From assembly GCA_051362555.1 (NCBI GenBank), contig CM120642.1, positions 5,952,001 to 6,016,000 on the forward strand: DNA of 64,000 bases, in the 5' to 3' direction. Source of the stretch: Lingula anatina (Eukaryota; Animalia; Brachiopoda). Below, in pieces: positions 51,291-63,126 of the stretch (the stretch's first letter is position 1; the number at the start of each line of letters is the position of its first letter). The notes below the pieces were generated by a model that worked only from the letters and a program-made list of their open reading frames with translations, searched no databases and had not been told where the DNA came from. The translations under genes were made by a program, and so were the position numbers.

Positions 51291-52202
51291 TTGCATACTG
51301 TAGTCTCGCTTTCACCGAAACAATCGAATTGTTGACTGTTGTTGAATTATCTTTTTATCATAAACTGGTTTTTTAATTGCAAGAATACACATTTTAAAAC
51401 TTTAAGAAGTGGTTTTGTTGCACCTGTAAAATAAATATCTGGCAATTTTAGAATAGAAATCTAAACTTTCCGTTTATTCTTAAAACGATTAGAAAAAAAT
51501 GGAATTGGTGTACATATTGGTCAGTTACACAGATTTTTTCTGTGGCGTTAAGTTTTCATTTAAGATTATCTGATAGGTGGCGTGTTTTAGGCAGGAGCCT
51601 GCCTTTCATTAAAAAATCGGACTAATTTAACTCACAACAGATTTCAAATTTAATTCCTCTGTTCTCTGGCGTTAGTCACGTGATGGGCTCATAATAAACA
51701 TGGCGGCAAACGTGAGAAGAGGAGGCTGTTTCACGAAAGAACTATACAGACAAAACTTGATCTTAACTTTTTTACCACATTTTGGTTTTATTCAATTCCG
51801 GTTGAATTTGTTGTGGTTCACTAAATAGTGTTTAAAAAGAGGAGTAATTTGCTTAGAGTAACAAAATAAGTGAAACGTTATTTATTTGACCTAGCACTTA
51901 CCATCTTGAGTCGATATAAAATAAAGTAAAATCTTGATCTTACGGTCAAGATCAACTTTCGTTCTTAACAATTTTGGAAAAAAATAGAGGGATTACCTTT
52001 GCTACCTTTGGAAAAACTAATCTGAACCATACGACCTACACAAATACCGCCATGCCATTATTTACCTATCTACAATCTCAGTAAATGAGGAAAAAAAAAA
52101 AGAACAAACCATTAAGTCGTTATTTATTTTGTAAAATTAAGATGTCAGATTTCGTTGTTTGAAAATTACTAGTTCTACGATAAATACTGGCAACGTTCAT
52201 GT

Positions 52203-54278
52203 CTAGTCACTTCCACAGTAAGCAGTGTAACATCCTGTAGCTGGCTTCAATTCGTAGACGAAATAATCTCCGCAGTTTTTCACTGTGACGAATGGCGGCG
52301 TGTAGACAGCTGCCCAGGCGTAAGCGCAACAACCGTACGCCGACGTAGCGCATAGCGTAACGTTCCATACGTCACCCGGAACGTTGGGAACGGTGCCGTT
52401 GAGATATAGAGGGACGTACGTACCACAATGTTGCACTGGCTGACACTGTAAATTTTAAAGAAAAAAAAAACAGTGATTGAGATAAATCTTATCTATGATT
52501 CCAGTAATTATTGTTCATCATACGTGTATTATCTATCCTAAGCTTAAGTAACGAAATAAAGCAGCTAACCCGCTTGCTCTCTGAATCTATGATAATCATA
52601 TTTATATAATAGAAAAGCACTCCGAGAGCGCAGACCGCCGCCAAGGCAGCGATTTTTTATTATTATTGATAATTGATTGATTGTTGATCCGGATCACCAC
52701 CAAAAACTAATCATCTCTTTCTTGGCTCACTTCTGACAGTTCCTGAAAATTTCATCAAAATCGGTCCATAACTTTTTGAGTTATGTTAATGACAGACAAA
52801 CAAACAGACAAACAGGGGTGAAAACATAACCTCCTTGGCTGAGGTAAAAATCTAAATATTAAGGTCACCGCTTCAACATATCTGAAAATATACTTTCTAT
52901 AATTTGATATATCTCCCAGAAATTACCTCAGTTGCCAGAATAGTTCCAGCGGGGCCCATGAATCGATACCAGTCCTTCACAAACCCTGCTGTCACTCCGT
53001 CACATTTGAAATTCGATAGATAGTTCTTTCCTTGTGCGACATTTCTCCAGGAATCGTTGAGTACGGTGTAGTTGCTGCATGGGTCGTCAGCTACAATTCA
53101 GAAAGCCAATATAGTCAAGTGTAGCAGGAGTTTAGATTCGGCCTATTGTCCTAAGTTAGGTGTATTTCATTCTAGTTGCTATACGAGTACATATCTGGCC
53201 GTTTATATACTATTTGATATGAAGAAAAGTACAAATTTACAAACCGTTTAACACAATAAACACTGAAAAACTATAGTAAAAAGGGTAAATTTTGTGTATT
53301 AAAAGACTCTTGAAATCAGACGTTAACTGATGTTTGAAAGCACATATAGACCTACCTGGCCATGTAATGTTACTGAAAGGTTCCTTGGTGACGTTAGCGT
53401 TGGTCACGTTAACGTCGGTAACGTTAGAATTGACCAGACCGCTGGTATTCGTGGTCGTATACGGCATAGCCTGCGTAGTCATTGTGCTCGTAATCTGCGT
53501 GGTCATTTCTGGGTCCCGGAGACAGTCAGCAAGTGCCCGCAAAAGAACAGTAACGCTCTCCTTGGCAAGTTGTATTTCGATATCTAGGCGTACGCTCCGT
53601 TTTAGGAAATAATTTTCTGCATAGAAAAATTTGGTTATACGGTTAAAAATGACTACGCTGAATTGATGGTAATCGACAAAAATTTAGTTAAGAATTGGTG
53701 AATTTTTGCCATTATATATATATTATGTCTTATAATAAAGCGGTGTGGATGGATTCTCCATTGGTATCCTCAAGTCAAAATGTTTGAGCATTTGCATATC
53801 ACAGTACTTGAAAACTTGAAATTTTAAAATAATCAACTAATATATGCAGATAGCCAGTTAAACACATTTGTATGGATTCCACAAACTAAGTAGCTTTTAT
53901 TGTCAAAATCAACAACATCCATTATAACAGTATTTTAGTTTGTAAGTCGGTTAGTCGGTCAGGTACATGTAGTTAGTCAGTTAGTTAGTTAGTTTGTTAG
54001 TTAGTCGGACCAAACAGCACATCTACGCATTTCTTATAGAATTGGAAAAAGCTTAAAATGCGTACATGTACACGTACATCTCCTTTAAACGCTCAAAAGC
54101 ACTTACTTTCTAAGAAATTCGTGCAGTTCTCCCTTACCAGGAAATTTCGAAGAATATCAATCTCATCTTCATACGTTCTCAATTCTACCTGCTGCTGGAA
54201 AGTTTCAGCTGAAATCTCGGCAGAATTCTTAAAGTCAATCCAACTGAGTATTAGAAATATGAAGAAAAAGCTGTACAT
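52203..54278 (-). CDS. Secreted protein A: signal peptide, unknown domain, Thr-rich linker, UMOD/GP2/OIT3-type D8C (D10C) domain (about 279 aa)
   Basis: Exons 54278-54107, 53616-53356, 53090-52927, 52445-52203. The pattern DPCSNYTVLNDSWR...CD...WYRFMGPAGT...C...HCGT..P.YLNG...C...CC...VKNCGDYFVYELKP..GC..AYC matches the uromodulin-type cysteine domain. Confidence 0.88.
52609..52850 (-). mobile_element. Short HINE-like (Helentron-associated) element in the last intron of D8C gene A
   Basis: On the minus strand: T-run, acctcagccaaggaggt hairpin/subTIR, (TGTT/TGTC)n microsatellite, 3' ccttggcggcgg subTIR, then hairpin gcgctctcggagtgc and ttttcta. Confidence 0.7.
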
Positions 54279-55212
54279 TTTGGCGGAGTCTGTCTGAACT
54301 TTGCTTTCTTAATGCGTAAGATTCTTTCCAGTTCGGCTTGCAGTTGCTTTTGAAATATGTATCGTGTAAGTCCGCACACACTGGGGAATACGCGCTGCGC
54401 TTAGTTTATGATAGATTGACCGTTCTTTCCTTATGGTTCTTTCTTTTCATACCAGGAAGCGTGAGGCTAAAATCAAATGTGATCTATATCTGAAATTAGC
54501 GCACACACAGTGAACCGCTTCTTACTTCTCTCGAGACCGATAGCTAAGCACAGAGTTCACCGTGTATTCCGGCTTTAGTATTTACACTTGCGCAGAGAAA
54601 TGACCTGACATACATCCGATACTTGGTAACCGTTTAAAACAAAGAGGTATCTTTGAATGCCACTTGAGAAATTGAATTCGCATCAAGAAGCAATTAGATC
54701 ATCTCTTCAAACTCATCGAAGCTTTAAGGACTCCTGTTAATCATGAAGACTTAAGCGTAAAATTAAAGTAAATGAAGGTATGATACAGAAAATACATGAA
54801 CCTGTAAAGACAGAAAAAATGTCTGATAAATAGCCGCAATGAAAAAAATCAGAATTCAATGCTGTTTGTATAAGGGATATGATTTATTGACAAACAAGTG
54901 ACATATACACCAAAATCATGTTTATAAATACAAACATGTGCTTCTGAGCTTAATTGAAATCTTTCATGTTGACTCCTTGTCATTTTCTAATAAATTTTCT
55001 ACCTTTTATCATGGGGGGGGGGGGGCTGTTAGCCCCTGGACCCCTATCGCATTACAAATCTTTTGCTACAGTAGGTCACGTAACATCTTGTAGTCGACAA
55101 TTTTCTACCTTCCATCATTAAATCCCATAATTCAGAATCAATTTTCTACCTTCCATCATTAAATCCTTCGAAATGGGGGAGGGGGGAGGTTAATCCTTGA
55201 ACCCCTGCCCCA

Positions 55213-57117
55213 TTACAAGTCTGTTCCACAATAGGCGGCGTAACACCCTGTAGTCGGCTCCAGCTCGTACACGAAGTACCCCCCGCAGTGTTTGGCCCGT
55301 AAGGAGTGCGGTATGTTATATGAGGGCCAGTCAGGGTCACAGCATCCGTTCACGTGGGTCCCACAGAGAGGAATAGTGACCACGGCACCCGTGGCGTTCG
55401 GGAGGTCTCCGTCCAGATAGATAGGGACGTAGGCGCCGCAGTGGTTGGTTGCTTGGCACTAAAATGGGGAAGATTATCTTTATTCTATTTTATATGTCAC
55501 TATCTTATTTCGAGAGAGGGAAGAGATGAGCGGGGAGCGGTAAACATACTTGACAATCAATTGATCTATAGACGACTGTTTTTAATGGAGCCTCGGATGG
55601 GAAGCACCCTGAGCTTCAGAGATAACTTGTCACTAACCTCTTCACTATCGATAGCCTATCTTCATCGTGTAACTTGACACGATGAAGATAGGCTATCGAT
55701 AGTGAAGAGGTTACTGTCAAGTTATCTCTGAAGCTCAGGGTGATGGGAAGTTATTGTGTGTTTTATTCTGAACTGATTTCTTTTGTTGTCGTTTTTGTTA
55801 AGTCCGAGCATGTACTTCAGGTATATATAGAAAATATAACAGTTATCAAGTTAAAACAAGAAAGCAAAATATCTTTATACTTATATACATGTAGTAAAAG
55901 AAAGTATACAAAACAAATTATAATTTGCCATCTAAATATGCATATTTACCGTGGACGGTATCCCTGTTCCGGCTCCCCCAATGAGACGGTACCACTGCTT
56001 GACAAACCCATCGTATTCGTCGTCGCATTTGTGGGCATAGTTTTTCCCGTTAGCTACATTTCTCCACGGCTGGTCTAAGACTGTGTAGTTGCTGCAAGGG
56101 TCGTCGACTGAAAGTATATTGTAACAAACTGAGTCTAAAAAAGGAGGGGTTTGGTCATAGTGTAGTCCATGATAAAACAAAAAAGGAAGAAATATGTTAT
56201 CCACATTTGAAGTAATTGGGAGCGTAGATACGTACATCCATTTCATTTTGTGCTCGTGTATAAGGACACTTGAGTTCGGGACTCAGATGTGCTGCGTGCG
56301 CGCGCGCGAGTGCACGCGTGTGTGTGTGTGTGTGAGAGAGAGAGAAAGAGAGGGGAGGAAGAAATGAAGGGAGAGTAGGAAAGAGAGAGAGAAGGTAGGT
56401 CAGGAGAGAGAGGGATAGGGGTAGAGAGCACGTACCCGGCCACCACACAGAAGTCTCTGTTGTAGCTGTGATGATATCACCCATACTGGCACTTGATGTA
56501 GTAGCTCCGGGAAAACCAGTTTCATTATTATAACTCATAAAAGAAGCATTTTCTAAGCATTCTGCTAGGGCATCCAGTAGAAAAATTATACTTTGCTTGG
56601 TCAGCCGAATCCGGAGGTCTAGGAACATGCTTCGCTTTTGAATGAATGTTTCTAAAGAACAATATTTGCAGCGTTTAGGCAATTTCAATGTCAAACATGC
56701 AGTATTTAAATTAGAAATCCCTTGAATTCTGTTTACAATTTCTGTTAACAATTAGATAAGTACAAATATTTTCAGAAATTTTCAATGCCGTGAATTAAAT
56801 TTTTATTTGCTTTCTGATGCCTGTTACCACTCAATTTTACTGTTATCAATTTATGAACAAAACATTAAACCTATAATTTTGAATAAAATATCAAAATAGC
56901 AAGACTAACTTTTTGGAAAATGTCATTTTGATCACTTACTTTGCATGTAATTTGTGCATTTATACTTCACAACAAATCTTTTCAAAATATCCCGTTGATG
57001 TTCTCGTAGTCTTAATTCCACTCGCTTGGCGAAGAAGTCGATAGTAGCATCGGCAGGGAGATTTTCACCAAAATAATACAGTGCTAAAACCAACAAGACA
57101 CGGGTTGTCGTCGCCAT
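55213..57117 (-). CDS. Secreted protein B, tandem paralog of A (signal peptide, unknown domain, Ser/Thr linker, D8C/D10C domain; about 265 aa)
   Basis: Exons 57117-56940, 56651-56436, 56107-55950, 55458-55213 with the same intron phases (1,1,0) as gene A. Pattern DPCSNYTVLDQPWRNV...WYRLIGGAGT...HCGAYVPIYLDG...CC...HCGGYFVYELEP..GC..AYC. Confidence 0.88.
55605..55742. mobile_element. 138-bp almost fully palindromic MITE with an 8-bp TSD
   Basis: Arms of about 66 bp with 2 mismatches, a 6-nt loop (aacttg) and CA...TG termini. atgggaag is duplicated at 55597-55604 and 55743-55750. Confidence 0.88.
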
Positions 57118-58049
57118 TTTGCATAAAATATGGAAAGTACAGTGGTGATCACAAGTATAGATTCCCCTTCCCTCGCTTTAGTGAACATTCATCACATTAT
57201 ACTCTAAACAAACTGCGGTTGTAACTGTGCATGCATATGCAGATATTCATCATAAATTTAAGTGTTCGTGAGTCTTTAGGTCACCGCGCTGGCCAATTTC
57301 ATGGCTTGAAAACATGGATACTTCGTGTACAAAATATGAGAACGGAATAGAAAGAAACATCAAGCTTTAAAATAGGTGTGTTTCGAGCACAAGATTATAT
57401 TTTAAAGCTCGCTTCATTGCAAATGAACAATCACTCCAAGTGGTAAAAGGGTCTCATATTATAATGGCGCGGTAAATTATATCCTCGGAGAAACCACGAT
57501 GCACTCACAAGTAATCCAGGCGAAAGATACTCACTTAGAAATCAAGATGCAGAAAATGAAATGTAAACAAATAATGAGTTGCATCTGTGTTTTTTCCACG
57601 TTTCCCGTTACGTGTGTGGATAACAAAACCATAACAAAATCATTAGGTATAACTACTTATTCGAAAAGCATACGTATTTATTCATTAACCGTCAACTCGG
57701 CCTGTATATTGTACCGGTAGTAAAATACATAAATTGCTTATACTGAGAGTCCCCCCCCCCCCCCCTCATTTTACCACGGATCAACTGTGAATACAAAACC
57801 ATACACACTAAATTTCTTCTGTAAAAAGAAGTACAACGTGCTCGTGCTTATGAGTTATTCACCCTTGCGTTCATTTTTTCTATGTCGATTATCTTATATG
57901 CGAAGATATAATCACAATGTAGCATGCATTATATCTATTATTATTATTATAGATATTTTTGTTATTTTATTATTAGTAGTAGTAGGAGTAGTAGTAGTTT
58001 TAGTAATAGTAGTAGTAGTGATAGTAGTAGTAGCATTTTGATAATTATT

Positions 58050-58802
58050 TATTATCCCCGCACTTTTGGGACAAAAGTCGGGGATCGTGTTATCCCGCCC
58101 GTCCGTGCGTCTGTGCGTCCGTGCGTCTGTGTGTTAGTTATTTCTTCTATCTCCTCCTAGACTATTGCAGGTAGGAAGTTGAAACATTGGGAATTGGTAG
58201 ACCCATCTTTAGGGATGTGCATGGCCACATTGGAATTTTAGTGCAACAGGTGATTCGGCTGTCCCTGGGGGGTAGTTGATTCAAAATTCTTATGACATTG
58301 TAATTTCTGCCATCTCCTCTTAGACCATTGCAGATAGGAAATTGAAACTATGGGAATTGGAAGATCCATCATCAGGGATGTGCATATACACTTTGGAATT
58401 TTAGTGCAACAAGGGGTTGGGCTGTCCCCGGGGGTTGGTTGATTCTGAATTCTTTTCACATTGTAGTTTCTGCTATTTTCTCCTAGTCCATTGCAGGTAG
58501 GAAGATGAAACTTTGGTGATTAGTATACCCCTTATCAGAAATGTACATGGGCACTTTTGAATTTTAGTGCAACAGGGGGTTGGGCTGTCCCTGGCGGTTG
58601 GTTGATTCTAAATTCTCTTAACATTGTAAATTTTTTTTACATTTATATTTTAAAATACCTTTGGATGAAGCAGTGATGTGAGTGTATGTGTGTGCGTACG
58701 TGCGTGTGTATGTGCGTGTGTGGTAAGTGGTTCCTAGGGGTGAGCTGCTCTATGGGGAAGTGCGGGGATATGCGATGGCTACCCATCGACACCATCTAGT
58801 TT
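58050..58802 (+). mobile_element. HINE-like (Helentron-associated) element with three internal repeats of about 164 bp
   Basis: 5' subTIR atccccgcactttt with nearby inverted copy aaaagtcggggat, a (CCGT/GCGT)n microsatellite, repeats ctcctagac.attgcag.taggaa at about 58153, 58317 and 58480, 3' subTIR aagtgcggggat (58758), hairpin cgatgg...ccatcg and terminal ctagttt. Confidence 0.78.
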
Positions 58803-60289
58803 ATTATTTATTTTTACTATTATTATTGTTGTTGTTATTATTATCATTTTTTTTTTAAATTTAATTTAATTTTATTCATTTGTCTTTTGGGGGAGGGGCT
58901 CCCCATTCTCACTCCCCCATGTTTTTTTTTTTTTTTCTTTTTCTGACACATTCAATGTACACCATGTAGCAGTTCATGACTATACGTTTTTATCAAATTG
59001 TACACGTTGATAACTTTTTAATCATACATACACGCCAGACTGAGCTGGTGCAAATGCACAGAGATACGACTAAATGATAATGGTGATACATCTACAAATC
59101 ATTCAACTTTTTTTGTACATTTCTAGTGCATTGAAATGTACACCATGTACAATCATCTATACATTTTTCTGGTCGGAAGATACGACAGTTTTTCCTAAAA
59201 AAAACAAACGGGAAGGAGGTGACATGTTTATTCAAAAAATTTATCCCTGCTTAATATGAGTTTATTACAAAGATGTATATTAGCATGGAACACTCAAATT
59301 ATTTCATTTTGCAGAAAGCAAATTGCCGTGCAGCTCAAATCACTTGCGCATGTAAAAACAATACATTGCTCTAGCGAAGTTCCGAAATACAAACATTTCT
59401 AACCAGAAATCTATGGTTTTCGTTTTGCAAATTGTTTATATATTTTGTGAAATAGCTTATTTTACATTCGTATATGTTAATCTTACAGCGTAGCTTATTC
59501 AACAGTAGCTTTGTTTTCGAATTTTAATTATGTGAAATAAAAATATACTTTATAATGTATTGGCAAAGTTATCAAAAGTCATCCCACTTTAGATCCCACT
59601 TTTAATTATGTCACATATTCGCATTTACAAAAATTAAAATAATAAATGAACCTGACAGCAAAGCTGGCAAACATACAGACATCATACAGGAAACAAGGAA
59701 GAAAAGCTGACAAACGTTCTGACATTACGCAGAAAAAAAGTGCATCAAATAATGTTTTGGCCAATTTCGATGCACAGTCACATAATGCTTTAAAGCAGCG
59801 TAATCACTCTTACCCTCTTACATTAGCTACTACAGGTAAGGCACTGAAAATGCTAATGTGTGGAAAAAAGATTCACAAAACAAAATTAAAAAAAACAATA
59901 ACTACCGTAAATATGAACCGATCATGCCGATTTCCGAAAGCAACCTGTCCCTTTACCAAACAAAGTCACTCAGTAAATTTAAGGCGACATCGACGGCACG
60001 GACAGGCAGATAAATCAGAATGTATAGACAATTAAAGTGTCTGTATATAATAAAATGAATAAATAAAAACGAAACAATAAAAATTAATAGAGAAACAGCA
60101 GCCACATCAGCGCGAGATATTCTACCATTACATTGAAAAAGTTTATCTTCTTTGTCCTTTTAAATGAGATAATATACAAACACATCTAGTGCTGTCAACG
60201 TTACATTAGAATCAGTCTGATCACTGTTGAGTTTGTACTTTGGTGCCGTAATACATTTTAATGTATAGCTTATTAGCTTAATTCACATT

Positions 60290-63126
60290 TTATCTCAGGT
60301 CTTCTGTGTTCACGAAAGGTGACAGGTACGGCTCCAAGTTGGGCTTCATTGCTAGAACCCGACGAACGCCTGAAAGGAGAAAAAAGATGTACACTGAAAT
60401 GCCCTTATTCATGTTAACGAGATAACAAGAATGCGATTTTAACGTACGTGGATGATATTTATAATATTATGTTACTCCCATGTGTGGCTTTGATATAATC
60501 GTTTATAGACCTTTGAGAATAACATCCACAAACGAGATCTAGAAATCGTGTTTGTGCGTTTATATATCTATCATTTTGTTTATAAATTAAATAAAATCCT
60601 TTCCTCCTCTTTTTTTCTATCTCATTAAAATACAATTTCGTATTCAACAACTCACCTGACAACAAAGATTTCCCACCCCTTATGTCACTAAGCTTGGGTT
60701 GTTTCTTCTCATCCCGCCGGAACTCCTCGTCCTGTAACTTCTGCTTGTGCTTGGCTCCCTGAAAGCCTCCCATTACTCCATTAACAGTGTCTTCATCAAG
60801 CCTAAAACATTTAAGGAATAAAATATTTTTGAGGTTGGTTAACGGAAACATCACACGCCCTGAAAGCGACCAATATTGCACTGTACTTGTTATAGACATA
60901 TTAACCGACATGAAAAAAGTATTCTAAAAAAATGGAATAAATTATTTCAATTAAGGAAAATTTAATTCAAATTCCTATACAGTACTGACCGTAAAATATC
61001 GTTCTCTAAAAGGCAGGATGGGAGATAAAAGTTGAGAAAAACTGACACTTAAAGCTGACTTTCATCACATTTGGCGACTTTGACTTTAATTTCAATCTAG
61101 GCCAAATTAAATGACGAAATAAAGAAAAAGACACCCATGCTTTTAAAGATAATTTTGCAATTGGGCAACACATTCGAGTATACCTGCTGACAAACCAAAA
61201 ATGTTTTCTTAAATCTAGTTATTAAATCTACAACTTAAATCAAAACTCGCCTTCCGGCATTCGGTCCTTTCTCTCTCCGTTGTATTTCCGCGTTGCCATG
61301 CAACAGCAGCTCAAGTACGTTGACAGCATAACCATCGCAATGCGCCAGTGGTGCCGCCATGTCCTGACGATGAGCAAGCCATAAGAGGGTTTTCTTTATC
61401 AGCTCCTCGGTAGCTGAGGCCACGACCTCTTTGGGAGCTACCATCAGCTGTGTTTGCAGACAAACTATCTCCGCTTCTATGATAGCTGTTACCTGAATTA
61501 TATAATTAGAATAAAATGGGACACGTTCAACAAAGACCTAAGACCGACACTTTTAGACTAAATTTCTGTCAAGTTTGACCCAATTTTAAGACAAAGCAGT
61601 AGTAGTAGTAGTAGTACATGTAGCAGTTTTATTAAAGAAAACGTAGTGCAAGAAAGAAATGACACATGTTGTAGACAAACGGTTACTTTATCTTACTTCA
61701 TGTACTTCGGATTCACCCTGAAAGTGAAGACTATCTTTATGTCTTTAGTTCTTTTGTGAAACCGTTCCCAGAACAAGAATTATGACTAGAATACCACACT
61801 CGGCTGTCACCTTGATTGGATAGTAAACGATTGTCATAAAATCGCTAAATGATATTAAAACCGGGCGCATAAACTTGAAAACCACCTAGGACAACCTTGG
61901 ACTGCCACATTAATCCAATACAATGCAAAAATAAACTATAACAAGTGGTTAAAGCCTTCAAGCCGAATGTCGTAAAGTCCCCATATACCTCCATAGAGAC
62001 AATAAAAAAGAGTAAGCTTGTGAAACAAGATTCCACAAATTTAAACATAATAATCAAAATAAAATACTGCCGGGCATCGGTGCGGCCTAAAACTTGGCAC
62101 GCTTACCGCAAAAGCCGCAGGCTACATCATCCCGTCGCTCGTTTGTAAATTCCGTGCATGGCATACGCACAATCAAACCGTAAATCCAATTATAGTTTAT
62201 TTTTGCATTGTATTGGATTAATGTGGCAGTCCAAGGTTGTCCTAGGTGGTTTTCAAGTTTATGCGCCCGGTTTTAATATCATTTAGCGATTTTACGACAA
62301 TCGTTTACTATCCAATCAAGGTGACAGCCGAGCGTGTAGAATACCTCTTGATGATGCACCTTTCTTGTACTTGGTCCAGTGTTTAATTCTACTAAAAAGA
62401 AGGACGCCCTTTGAATATCACCTGCTTGTCGAAGGGTGGGTTCAGGGCTTCAAAAATATGTTGTAAAATATATCAAATAAGCCATATATGTATAGCTCTC
62501 AAACATTGTTGGTCCTCATACAACTTTGTGCGGCGAGAGAGAGAAAGAGAGAGAGATAGAGAGAGAGAGAAGAAAAAACTCACGTCCGTTCTAGCTTTGT
62601 GTTTCTGGGTAGGGAGGCTGATCTTTGAGCGTATGTATGGCATAAACCCTCCTGTATTTTGTGACATTTCTGTGCTGTCTCGGGCCTCTAGCTCCTCGAT
62701 CATACCCATGTTTTGTTCATAGACATCATACAGCATTTGTTTACTAGCTGAAAATGTTATTGAATTGCGATAAGCAATATCAGTTTCTTTATATCAGCAT
62801 CACCACAAAAAATGAGGACTTTATTCACCAAATATTGTTATTTTTATAATCTATTATAAAAATAAGAAATAAAAATAAAGACGATAAAGCAACAGGCACA
62901 AAAACTAACAAATTTATAGATAAATATCAATAAAGTGGATGGCTATCCATATAAAATTATCAGTAAATCAATAAATCTGTTGAATTAAGCAATTAGTCAG
63001 TTGTGAGGGCCGACCTTGAAGAGAGCGGAACTGCTGTCTCTGCGCCTGCATAAAATCACGCCTGCTTCCACCGTGGTGTTTAGTATCGCCGTCATGATCC
63101 ATGACTTCCTCTTCATCATAGTGAGA
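60290..63126 (-). CDS. 3' portion of an unidentified multi-exon gene (5' end unresolved or beyond the window)
   Basis: Well-supported exons 61492-61251, 60801-60656 and 60369-60290 (ending PYLSPFVNTEDLR*). Exons 63126-63015 and 62747-62584 also splice in frame. Intermediate candidates (about 62447-62345 and a 21-nt GESEVHE micro-exon near 61700-61718) could not be phased unambiguously. Confidence 0.6.
61795..62336. mobile_element. 542-bp non-autonomous DNA transposon with near-perfect TIRs of about 147 bp and an 8-bp TSD
   Basis: cacactcggctgtcaccttg...aaactataa is mirrored by ttatagttt...caaggtgacagccgagcgtg. tagaatac is duplicated at 61787-61794 and 62337-62344. Confidence 0.92.

Noticed and set aside
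51675-51830. E-box plus aacatggcggc (YY1/Kozak-like) suggesting the first exon of a plus-strand host gene
   Set aside because: No downstream plus-strand exons were identified, the ORF is only about 42 codons, and the adjacent sequence looks repeat-derived.
59646-60035. 129-aa plus-strand ORF
   Set aside because: Low-complexity, A-rich antisense of the probable 3'UTR of the minus-strand gene; no splice or domain support.
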